Assembly (NCBI GenBank): GCA_016928155.1
Contig: JAFGLG010000017.1
Span: 4,134 to 68,133 of the forward strand
Origin: Candidatus Woesearchaeota archaeon
GTDB lineage: Archaea; Nanobdellota; Nanobdellia; Woesearchaeales; JAFGLG01
DNA: 64,000 bases
Direction of reading: 5' to 3'
In this document: in pieces, positions 39,106 through 48,064 of the stretch
Layout of the letters: the number at the start of each line of letters is the position of its first letter
Numbering within the stretch: position 1 is the first letter of the stretch
The notes under the pieces: model-generated
What the model was told of the DNA's origin: nothing
Seen by the model: the letters and a program-made list of their open reading frames with translations, nothing else
Databases searched by the model: none
Program-made: the position numbers and the translations under genes

Positions 39106-39268
39106 ATCCCACCTTTGATGTCTTGATTTTGTTGTGGGGAGATTTAAAAATTTAATCATCCGGTGGCTCCTGTTTTATCACAGCAACAGCTTAAATAGAT
39201 TTAAATAAACACTCCTCACTGGACACCCCTCAATAACCTATTTAAATGCAGGATGATGCTTCTGCAGG

Positions 39269-41473
39269 ATGATAAAGAACTTCGAGCCAAGGCTCTATCA
39301 GCAGACTGTTGTATCAACTTGCGTAGATTACAATACCCTGGTCATCCTACCCACAGGCATGGGCAAGACTAACATCTTCCTGATGCTTGCTGCCCATAGA
39401 TTAAGGAACTACCCTAATTCAAAGATCCTTCTTCTCGGACCGACAAGGCCTCTGATTGACCAGTATCTTGATGTCTTCAGGACCAATTTTGATATTGCAG
39501 AGGATCAGATGGCTATCTTCACTGGTATGATAAGCCCTGAGAAGCGTCAGAAGCTCTGGCAGTCATCAAAGATAATCTTCTCGACTCCCCAGGGCCTGGA
39601 GAATGACCTGATTTCAGGGAAGATCTCTTTGGAGGATGTCTCCTTGATAGGCTTTGATGAGTCCCATCGCGCTGTCGGAGATTATTCTTATGTCTTCATT
39701 GCAAAGAATTATTACAATAAGGCGAAGTATCCGAGGATCCTCGGCCTGACTGCTTCTCCCGGCCATGATCTTGAGAAGATCTCTGAGGTCTGCAGGAATC
39801 TTTTCATCGAGGAGATTGAGATCAGGACTGAGGATGATCCCGATGTCAAGCCTTATATCCAGGATGTCGCCATCTCATGGGTGAAGGTCGAGCTCCCGGA
39901 TGATTTCAGGCTTATCCAGAAGAATCTGAAGCACTGCTTTGATTCAAAGCTCCAGACAATAAAGGATAATGGTTACATAAAGGGATTGAAAAGCACTTTG
40001 ATGGGCAAGAAGGAGCTTCTTTCCATTATGGGCTCTTTGCATAAGGACATCGCGGGCGGCAATAAGGACTTTGATCTCATGCGTGCTGTCTCTCTTCTTG
40101 CTGAGGCAATGAAAGTGCAGCATGCTCTTGAGCTTCTTGAGAGCCAGGGCATCACCCCTCTTTTCCAGTACATGGAGAAGCTGAATAATGATGCGAGGAC
40201 ATCTAATGTCAAGGCAGTGCAGAATCTTGTGAGGGATCTCAATTTCAGGACTGCTTATTATCGTGCGAGGGAGCTTTTTGAAAAAGGTGTGGAGCATCCC
40301 AAGCTTGAGAGGCTCAGGGAGATGGTCAAGAGCGAACTGTCAAAAGGCCAGGATGTGAAGATCATTGTCTTCAACCAGTTCAGGGACAGCGCCTTGAAGA
40401 TTGTCAGTGAGCTCAAGAAGATAGATGGGGTGAATCCTGTGCTTTTTGTCGGCCAGATGAAGAAGAAGGATACAGGGATGAGCCAGAAAGAGCAGCAGGA
40501 GGTTTTGGAGAAGTTCAGGGACAATGGCTTCAATGTCCTTGTCGCGACTTCTGTTGCTGAGGAAGGCCTTGACATCCCTGCTGTTGACACTGTCATTTTT
40601 TACGAGCCAGTCCCCTCTGTCATCAGGACGATCCAGAGGAAGGGCAGGACTGGAAGGCAGGAGAAGGGCAAGGTCTTTGTCCTTATGACAAAAGGCACAA
40701 GGGATGAAGGTTATAGATGGAGCGCTCATCATAAGGAGAACAAGATGTACCGCACTTTGCATGAGCTCAAGACCAGCATGAAGCTCAAGAAGCCCAGGAA
40801 AGAGGCTCCTTTGGATGGATTCTTGTCTGAAACCCCCCTGTATGTTTATGCTGACCTGCGTGAGAAGGGCTCTGGCATCATGAAAGATCTGATTGGCAAG
40901 GGTTTCTCTATCCAGCTCAAGAATCTTGAGGTCGGTGATTATGTCTTGTCTTCAAGATGCGCTGTCGAGATCAAGACTGTGCCTGATTTTGTTGACTCCA
41001 TTATTGATGGCCGTCTTCTGTCCCAGCTCAAGGAGCTTAAGAAGAATTTTGAGAGGCCTCTTGTCCTGCTTGTCGGCCAGGAGGATATCTATTCCCAGAG
41101 GAAGATACACCCTAATGCTATCAGGGGCATGTTTTCTACTATCGCTTTGTCTTATGGCATCCCCATAATGCAGGCAAAGGATTCTCAGGAAGCAGCTTCT
41201 CTGCTTGCTATCATGGCAAAGCGCGAGCAGGAGCAGACATCCAAGGATTTCAATCCTCATGGCTCTAGGAAGCCCATGTCTCAGAAGGAATTGCAGGAAT
41301 ATATTGTATCATCCTTGCCTGGCGTCGGCTCAGGTCTCGCTAAACCTTTGCTTGAGCATTTTGGAAGCGTGAAGAAGGTCATGGATGCATCAGAGGAGAG
41401 ACTGCAGAAAGTCGATAAGATCGGTCCGAATAAGGCTAAGGAGATAAGAAGTATCCTTGATGAGGATTATTGA
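39269..41473 (+). CDS. hef: Hef (FANCM-like helicase + ERCC4 nuclease + HhH)
   Basis: PTGMGKT, DESH, TASPG, QRKGRTGR, GDY..VEIK..DF ERCC4 motif, two HhH motifs. Confidence 0.94.
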   Translation: MIKNFEPRLYQQTVVSTCVDYNTLVILPTGMGKTNIFLMLAAHRLRNYPNSKILLLGPTRPLIDQYLDVFRTNFDIAEDQMAIFTGMISPEKRQKLWQSSKIIFSTPQGLENDLISGKISLEDVSLIGFDESHRAVGDYSYVFIAKNYYNKAKYPRILGLTASPGHDLEKISEVCRNLFIEEIEIRTEDDPDVKPYIQDVAISWVKVELPDDFRLIQKNLKHCFDSKLQTIKDNGYIKGLKSTLMGKKELLSIMGSLHKDIAGGNKDFDLMRAVSLLAEAMKVQHALELLESQGITPLFQYMEKLNNDARTSNVKAVQNLVRDLNFRTAYYRARELFEKGVEHPKLERLREMVKSELSKGQDVKIIVFNQFRDSALKIVSELKKIDGVNPVLFVGQMKKKDTGMSQKEQQEVLEKFRDNGFNVLVATSVAEEGLDIPAVDTVIFYEPVPSVIRTIQRKGRTGRQEKGKVFVLMTKGTRDEGYRWSAHHKENKMYRTLHELKTSMKLKKPRKEAPLDGFLSETPLYVYADLREKGSGIMKDLIGKGFSIQLKNLEVGDYVLSSRCAVEIKTVPDFVDSIIDGRLLSQLKELKKNFERPLVLLVGQEDIYSQRKIHPNAIRGMFSTIALSYGIPIMQAKDSQEAASLLAIMAKREQEQTSKDFNPHGSRKPMSQKELQEYIVSSLPGVGSGLAKPLLEHFGSVKKVMDASEERLQKVDKIGPNKAKEIRSILDEDY
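41432..41471 (+). repeat. 40-bp direct repeat (3' end of hef), copy 1
   Basis: AAGGCTAAGGAGATAAGAAGTATCCTTGATGAGGATTATT, identical at 42654-42693. Confidence 0.95.
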
Positions 41474-41475
41474 GA

Positions 41476-41976
41476 TTACTCTTCCATGATTACCTTGGTC
41501 TTGTCCAGGATTTTTTTTGCTGTATTGAGCAGGTCTGCATATTCTCCGTTTTCCAGTGTTGTTTTTGTGTTGTATTGATACTTTTCCCTCAGGCTGATTG
41601 CTGTTGTTTCATGTGCATTGATGAGTGCCACTTTTTGTATATCCTCCTTATTTAGGTTTATTTTCTTGTCATCGATCAATGACTCGATCAGGGAGAATGT
41701 GCATTCCTGGTTCCTGCTTTCGAATCCCTCTTTTAAGAGTATTGACAAGAAACAATGGTATATTGTGTAGAAAAGGCTGATTGAGCACCAGTCTGTGAAT
41801 CCTCCTTTGTTTAGGTATAATGTGGCTTTCAGGTTGTGTTCTGCCTTGGTCATGTGTTCTTTGGCTCTCGTCAGGCTTGGCTCTGTCCTGACAATGCCCC
41901 TGTGTTTGTGCCCTTTCTCAAGCTCTTTCTGCGCTTTGTTGAGGCACCATCTTAGTTTATTCTTTGCGTGACTCAT
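41476..41976 (-). CDS. HEPN-domain protein
   Basis: KAEHNL, FYTIYH, SRNQECT and LREKYQY motifs; coupled to MNT gene. Confidence 0.8.
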   Translation of the reverse strand: MSHAKNKLRWCLNKAQKELEKGHKHRGIVRTEPSLTRAKEHMTKAEHNLKATLYLNKGGFTDWCSISLFYTIYHCFLSILLKEGFESRNQECTFSLIESLIDDKKINLNKEDIQKVALINAHETTAISLREKYQYNTKTTLENGEYADLLNTAKKILDKTKVIMEE

Positions 41977-42547
41977 GGTAAACCCTGATGAATTGGTCCT
42001 CGCCAGTCACAAGGATGCCCTTGATGGCATCTAATATTGGCTTGTGTTCCTTTTTAACATTTTCCTGGATTTCTCCGGAAGTTTGGTACAAAGGATGGAT
42101 TTTTTTCGGGTTTACCTTATTTATCTCATTGACTTCTTTTTGCAGCCTCCTGAATCTCCTCTTGTCAGTTATCAGGAGCGCATCGATATCATTCGGGTCT
42201 GGTTTCCTGAGCACTGATCCGAACAGGATGATGATGTCGGCATTTCTTATTTTTCTGAGCTCTGTTATCCATCTCCTTATCCTCGGAGGTGCGTGCAGCG
42301 CCTCTCTTGACAGCATCAGGGAAACATATCTTTTGGCATATTCTGCATTGCTTATCCTGTAGATTGTCGCCTGCCCTATCTTGCTTGATTTCAGGACACC
42401 CTCTTTTTCCAGTCTTTTCAGTATCTTCAGTGCTCCCATTGGTGTTATATTGGCTTTCTTGGATATGCTGTTCGCATTGTAATGCCTCTCCGGGCTCTTG
42501 GCTATTGTCAGTACAATCTCCATCTCTGCTGCTGTTATGTCTCTCAT
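41957..42547 (-). CDS. wHTH + minimal nucleotidyltransferase (MNT)
   Basis: LFGSVLRKPDPNDID; N-terminal HTH; start reassigned to MRDITAA. Confidence 0.85.
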   Translation of the reverse strand: MRDITAAEMEIVLTIAKSPERHYNANSISKKANITPMGALKILKRLEKEGVLKSSKIGQATIYRISNAEYAKRYVSLMLSREALHAPPRIRRWITELRKIRNADIIILFGSVLRKPDPNDIDALLITDKRRFRRLQKEVNEINKVNPKKIHPLYQTSGEIQENVKKEHKPILDAIKGILVTGEDQFIRVYHESRKE

Positions 42548-42653
42548 ATAAACATCAAGTTTATATATATAAACTGATAGTTTATAAAGCTTCTGTTTAG
42601 GACAGCTGGGCCATATGGGGATTCCCCAGAAAACCGTGGGTATCAGCCCTAAC

Positions 42654-42693
42654 AAGGCTAAGGAGATAAGAAGTATCCTTGATGAGGATTATT
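42654..42693 (+). repeat. 40-bp direct repeat (hef 3'-end duplicate), copy 2
   Basis: Exact match to 41432-41471. Confidence 0.95.
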
Positions 42694-45448
42694 AGGCTGT
42701 ACCGCCATTTCCTGGCGGGTATGGGTACGAATCAACATACTCAGGTGGTGGCGGGGGGGTTGGAGGCCTCAATTGAAGGAATGAATAAGGATATCCTGTG
42801 AGCACTCTATTCCTATAATATTCTTGATACCAATCCCTCATGTTTTGCATGATCTGGTTAGATTGTTCAGATGAGACACCATATACATAGAAACCTCTTG
42901 ATACAGGAGTTGTTACCCCATATTTTTCCTCTAGCTTGTCATGCACAAATTGGTTTGCATCTGCTGAGCAGAAATCGCAATCTCCGATTGAGAAATGAGT
43001 GTTTAGTCTTTGTTCTGCATTTCTTATTGATTTGTCTCCCACTAGTCCTTTATTGGTTATTGTAGGTTCATCATATGAGAACATTGGCCCCATTGCATCA
43101 TCAAGTCTTTGCTCGAAATCATCGCCGAAATCATATTGTGATTGCCACTGTGACTCCCATAATGATTGATCCCATATTAATTCAGGTGCAAAAGGGTCAG
43201 CTCGCTGCTGTCTCATTTCTGCAAAATATTCATCAATTGAATCAGAAACATCTCTCAGTCTTAGTGGCTCATCTACTATCGTGGTCTCAAATCCTAATTG
43301 AAGATTTTCTGCTAATGCATCAGACCTGAAGAGTGAAGATGGTGATCTGTCTCCAATGGCGCAGAATAGGCTGGATGACCCGCAGTCCTGGAATGGCTCA
43401 AAATCTGCGAGGAACTCCTCTGAGTGATGTGCATCAGTCACAAATGTAGGCTCTGTGTCAAGTAGGTCTAGGTTCCCGATGTCGAATGTTGTGGTATGCC
43501 TTATTTCCTCTCTTTGTCTTTCATTGATGGCTTGCATTTGCGAGGTTGAGATCGTGCTCATCTGAATCCTCCCCCCCGCACCAGCCGAGTACTGTCTAAC
43601 TTCTGTTGCTGTCCCGGGGTTTATAAATATCTGCTCTCCTGCAAAGATAAGGTCTCCTCCTCTATCGCTTCTCTCCTGGATATTAGGATTCATTCTGACA
43701 AGGTCCTGCCATGTCACTGTTTGTCCTGTTTGCATGCTTAGATCTTGTGCAATGTGTGATAATGTGTCCCCTGATTTGACATCGTAAGTCCCGACTGCCA
43801 CATCAAATGATCTTGATGGCCTGTGTGAAACAGCTGGGGCTTCAGGATCAGGTTGAGGTGGTGTGTTTGTTGCCACCTGTTGAGGAGTTTCTACTGGCCC
43901 TAGTTGTATCACGGGCCCGTATGGTTCTGTATAGGCTAAGAACTGTTCACTGGCGCTGTATCCTCCAAAACCCATTAGACCCGCCAGTGTCGGATCTACA
44001 CCTGAACCAATCAACATACTGCCCAGAGGATCATTGAAATCAAATACTTGTTGGCCTTCTGCTATCTGAATTGAATATACCCCATCTCCCATATTGCCTG
44101 TTATGGGCTGTATTGAAATTATGGGCCCATCATTTCTAGGTACAGTATTGAGATAGACTTGAGTACCATCACTTAATCCTGTTGGGGATGATCCGAAAGT
44201 CAATGTTATCGGATCAGATGAATGGCTTTGTGTGAGTATTGTTTGAGGTTGCTGGACTCCTAACTGTTGTATCCTGAGATCTGTTCCTTCTTCTGCCCTT
44301 ACAAGCCCTTGTCCATCAACCCAGGTGTATGATGCCTGTCCGGTTGCATGCACCCCCGCCAGCATTCCGTGTGTTCTAGGGAATGTGAGATCTGCTGCCC
44401 CATTCATATCCGTATATGTTTTCCCAGTGGTTGCATCTAAAATCAGGACAGGTTGCTGCGTTGTCTCCATCCTTATCTCAACACTATTCTCATCGACAAC
44501 TCTCACAGGTCCTAAGAGTCTTGTTGTATCTCCTAGGGTTATGACTTGTATTGACTCTGAATCATCTGCCAGAAGCAAATGGCTGTTGCTTGAAGTCCTG
44601 ATATCTGAGTCATCACCTATTGAATATACTTGAAGATTATAATCATTGTCATTCTCTTTTACATAAGTCGCTCTTGGTGTGATGCCCCTATCATTTGGGA
44701 GTCTTATCTCATGATCATCTATTGTGTATCTTCCTTCAGTGCCAACTGCACCACCATAATATAACTCAACTCCAAGATTACCTTGATCATCTCCTGATCT
44801 GATATAAGTCTGCTGCATTGGTCCGACGATTGTGATTGTCTCAGAACTGTCAGAGGAGCTTACTACAACTGTGTTCCCTGTTGCATCTGTGGTAAATGTT
44901 GTCTCTGTATCAGCTTGAAGGATAAGATCATTGCTCATCTTTACTTGATTATGCTGTGCATCATATCCTTCAACAGTTGATCCGGGTCCGCCCCCTTTCA
45001 CAGTGATGGGATTCTGTTGGTTTTGTGCGTTTCCACCTGTTATTGTAAATCCGCCACCATCACCACTAACAGCCTCAACTGATGATGCCTGTCCTATAGC
45101 AGATAATGGGAGAGGAGTCCCACCAGCTGTGTTTGTCAATGTTGTTCCTGATATTGATATTCCTGGACCGCTCTTTATCTGTGTGCTACCATAGGTTGCA
45201 TCTGAATTAAGGATAACTGTGTAGCTTCCTGTGTTCATATTAGAAAGGTCTACGCTTCCTCTAGTTATTGTTATTGTATTGCCTGATTTTATTGCCTGTA
45301 CCCCTTGAGAACTGATTCCGGTAAAATCTTGAAGTTGGTCATCAGAAAGTGTCTCCTCTTCATCATCTCCTGTCCCTTCTTCTGTTGGCTGAGCAGCAAC
45401 ATTTATGACAATCAAGAGCAATACTAGAAGGACAATGATTTTCTTCAT
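42692..45448 (-). CDS. Large secreted protein with LysM domain (918 aa)
   Basis: Signal peptide, G/T/S-rich beta region, YDVKSGDTLSHIA...LVRMNPNI...LIFAGEQIFI, Pro-rich tail. Confidence 0.85.
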   Translation of the reverse strand: MKKIIVLLVLLLIVINVAAQPTEEGTGDDEEETLSDDQLQDFTGISSQGVQAIKSGNTITITRGSVDLSNMNTGSYTVILNSDATYGSTQIKSGPGISISGTTLTNTAGGTPLPLSAIGQASSVEAVSGDGGGFTITGGNAQNQQNPITVKGGGPGSTVEGYDAQHNQVKMSNDLILQADTETTFTTDATGNTVVVSSSDSSETITIVGPMQQTYIRSGDDQGNLGVELYYGGAVGTEGRYTIDDHEIRLPNDRGITPRATYVKENDNDYNLQVYSIGDDSDIRTSSNSHLLLADDSESIQVITLGDTTRLLGPVRVVDENSVEIRMETTQQPVLILDATTGKTYTDMNGAADLTFPRTHGMLAGVHATGQASYTWVDGQGLVRAEEGTDLRIQQLGVQQPQTILTQSHSSDPITLTFGSSPTGLSDGTQVYLNTVPRNDGPIISIQPITGNMGDGVYSIQIAEGQQVFDFNDPLGSMLIGSGVDPTLAGLMGFGGYSASEQFLAYTEPYGPVIQLGPVETPQQVATNTPPQPDPEAPAVSHRPSRSFDVAVGTYDVKSGDTLSHIAQDLSMQTGQTVTWQDLVRMNPNIQERSDRGGDLIFAGEQIFINPGTATEVRQYSAGAGGRIQMSTISTSQMQAINERQREEIRHTTTFDIGNLDLLDTEPTFVTDAHHSEEFLADFEPFQDCGSSSLFCAIGDRSPSSLFRSDALAENLQLGFETTIVDEPLRLRDVSDSIDEYFAEMRQQRADPFAPELIWDQSLWESQWQSQYDFGDDFEQRLDDAMGPMFSYDEPTITNKGLVGDKSIRNAEQRLNTHFSIGDCDFCSADANQFVHDKLEEKYGVTTPVSRGFYVYGVSSEQSNQIMQNMRDWYQEYYRNRVLTGYPYSFLQLRPPTPPPPPEYVDSYPYPPGNGGTA

Positions 45449-46470
45449 GGTTTCACCGTGAATGTGATGACTTTCCAGCCTGTCATGTTCTTTTCATCTG
45501 TGGCGCTGATGTTTGTCTCGAATGAACCTATCTCACTTGGTGTGAAGCTTATTATCCCTGTGTATTTTGCAATAGGCACTTTCGGATTGCTTGATTTGAA
45601 TATCATATAATCATCTTCTGGGTCATATGCCTCGACCTTGTGATAGAATGATTCATTCACTTCAGCTTCTAGGTCAGCAACTTGCACTATTGGGGCATGA
45701 TTCTCAATGTCATATGATGCTGCAAATAGGAAGACATAGGGAACTTCATTTATGCTCACTGTCTCAGGATCTTGGATTATATAGACAACTGAATCTTCAT
45801 AGGAGATTGTATCTATCTGTAGGTTCAGGTCTGATGATACTTCAAGCAGTGTGCTTGTTGGTATTAGTCTGGGATATTTCACTATTGAGTCAGTTATTCT
45901 CTCAGAGGCTTTAAGGATAGTCATCATTCTTGATGGCCTCGAATATTGGAATTCTGTGAAAGTCTTAACTTTTTCACCTTGCTTCACTTCAAAGGGGAAT
46001 TCCACTTTGAATACGACTGTCTCATCGCTGAATTTAACATCAGTTGCATATCTCAAATTGTCGAATTGGTATCCTTGGAACCTATATGTCTTGAAGTCAT
46101 TGAGACAATACTGGAGAGCTTCATCGACATAGTCTTCTAATTCTATCTCTAAGCTGTTCTCTGTGTGCACTGATTTTGCACCTTTGTAATAGAAATATGG
46201 CACTGGTGAATATATTGTTTCCAAATGAAGTGGGGGTATATGGTGGTATCCTCCTTTGAGCCCAAGATGAAAATATCCTATCTCTGCAACATCATCGACG
46301 CATTTCTGCGTGGACATCCTTATCTGCTCGAAGTCGGTTATACTCGCCTGTTCTACTGCCATCTCCATTTCTCCCTTGTTTCTTAGGGATGACATGTAGA
46401 TTATGAGGCTTATGATCATTATGAGCACTATGCCGAGAACTATGAATACTGTGACCTGCCCTCTTTTCAT
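45445..46470 (-). CDS. Class III signal-peptide (pilin-like) protein with C-terminal Ig/cadherin-like domain
   Basis: MKRG/QVTVFIVLG, NHAP...AYDPEDD...TGIISFTP...ATD. Confidence 0.8.
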   Translation of the reverse strand: MKRGQVTVFIVLGIVLIMIISLIIYMSSLRNKGEMEMAVEQASITDFEQIRMSTQKCVDDVAEIGYFHLGLKGGYHHIPPLHLETIYSPVPYFYYKGAKSVHTENSLEIELEDYVDEALQYCLNDFKTYRFQGYQFDNLRYATDVKFSDETVVFKVEFPFEVKQGEKVKTFTEFQYSRPSRMMTILKASERITDSIVKYPRLIPTSTLLEVSSDLNLQIDTISYEDSVVYIIQDPETVSINEVPYVFLFAASYDIENHAPIVQVADLEAEVNESFYHKVEAYDPEDDYMIFKSSNPKVPIAKYTGIISFTPSEIGSFETNISATDEKNMTGWKVITFTVKP

Positions 46471-46534
46471 CAGATATGCTAATCAGAAATGTATTTATAA
46501 ATTTTATGTAATATCATATATTAATAGCCATCAT
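46427..46534. repeat. 108-bp repeat (promoter plus first codons of pilin-like gene), copy 1
   Basis: 107/108 identical to 51641-51748; contains TTTATAAA box. Confidence 0.95.
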
Positions 46535-46683
46535 CCTGCCCTGCTTGTTCCGGTTTCTTCTGCCAGATAAGTGATTGTCGGCTTGATTGCAGTTTCTTTC
46601 AGGAGTATCCTCAGATTTTTGCTGTTGTCATCATCTGATGCCCGTATTCTTGCTATTTCCAAATCATTAACAACTATTAACAT
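46531..46683 (-). pseudogene. Possible truncated HTH gene ending at the repeat boundary
   Basis: 50-aa ORF ending TITYLAEETGTSRAG; stop codon lies inside the 108-bp repeat. Confidence 0.35.
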
Positions 46684-46794
46684 ATAGTTAACAGCATTAT
46701 TTAAAGGTTTTGGTTGCCTTGACATGATGCCGCAGGATGCCATGCGGCAGGCTTCAGAAGATAGATAAGATAGGGTCAATAAAAGCCAAAGAGA

Positions 46795-47907
46795 TCAGAA
46801 AGATCCCTGACTGAGGTTATTAGACATGATCTGATTCACTTGAGAGATTTTTAATAGCAGGTTGCTCATGGTTTCTTGGTACTCATATGATGCTGTTTGT
46901 TCTCCCGGCTTATTCTTTAGATGGTTAAATGCATATGAAAGGTTACTGAGCATCTCATGGCAGAACATCATCTGCTGATCCCTGTCTCCCCACTCTTTAA
47001 TATAATTTATTGGGTGCGAGAGGACCCCTATTGCATGGTTGGGATTTTGGCTAATATTCTGAAGTGCTTTGTCTGATTCTTCTTGGTAGATCTGCAGTCC
47101 TTCTTTTATGTCAATATCTCTTACTGGAGAGCTTGTTCTTGACAGGTTCTTGTTCATGGATAAGGATTTTCTGTAGTATTGTGGCGCGATTGATATGAGA
47201 TTATTGTTTTGATATGCTCTTTGGAGCAGTGTGTATGGTTTTTCCGGATTTCTGAAATGCCCTGTCTCGCATAGGTGGCTGATCTCGTCAGTTATCTGGT
47301 CCATCATCTCTTGTTCTGTGTGATTCATTGTGTATGTTGCGAACCTGTCCAGGAAATTTGCTGTACGGTCTGCGCCAAGCGAATCTACAAAGAGCTTTGT
47401 CAGCTCAGCCATGTCTATCCGGTTCTTGTGCAGGCCTTCCATTAGTATTTCACTGGATTCATATCCCCTGCCGGTTGCATAGACCTCAGTGAAGTCAAAC
47501 GCATTTTTTTGTTTTGCCAGCTCAAGGTAGTGCTGTACTGCCTCTCTCCACTCTCCTTTTTCGAACATGTCTTGCATAGAGTAGCTGAATTCTTCTTTGT
47601 CCTGTTCTGTCATCTCGCCAAATTCATTGAAGTGGTATATCATGGCATCCAGGCCATGATTTTGATTGGTTTTTTTGGGGATTGGTTGCGCTGGCTGTCT
47701 CTCTTCTGTCGGTTCTGTTTTTTCTGGAGGTTCTTCATGATGATCCAACAGAGAATAAGAGATTGCCAGTGTTATAAGGGATGCCACTGCGATAGGTATG
47801 CTTAATCTTGTCCTGCCTGCTTGTTTTTCAATCTTAAGGATGTTCTCCAGCTCAGGCTGGCCTGCATATCTTTCTTTGAGATCCTTGAAATACTCACTTT
47901 TATCCAT
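46795..47907 (-). CDS. Hypothetical single-TM protein with helical C-terminal region
   Basis: 370-aa ORF, TM near aa 35-55, P/E-rich linker. Confidence 0.7.
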   Translation of the reverse strand: MDKSEYFKDLKERYAGQPELENILKIEKQAGRTRLSIPIAVASLITLAISYSLLDHHEEPPEKTEPTEERQPAQPIPKKTNQNHGLDAMIYHFNEFGEMTEQDKEEFSYSMQDMFEKGEWREAVQHYLELAKQKNAFDFTEVYATGRGYESSEILMEGLHKNRIDMAELTKLFVDSLGADRTANFLDRFATYTMNHTEQEMMDQITDEISHLCETGHFRNPEKPYTLLQRAYQNNNLISIAPQYYRKSLSMNKNLSRTSSPVRDIDIKEGLQIYQEESDKALQNISQNPNHAIGVLSHPINYIKEWGDRDQQMMFCHEMLSNLSYAFNHLKNKPGEQTASYEYQETMSNLLLKISQVNQIMSNNLSQGSF

Positions 47908-48064
47908 GTATTATCCTGAATTGTTTCAATATAAAAATTTTATTGTTTTTATCACTATATAATGACAAAATAAACTATTTACAATATAGAAAATAATTAC
48001 TTGTGATGCATGACCAGATGGTATGGACAAGGATTTCCATGATAGGATTAAGATGTTCCGATAC

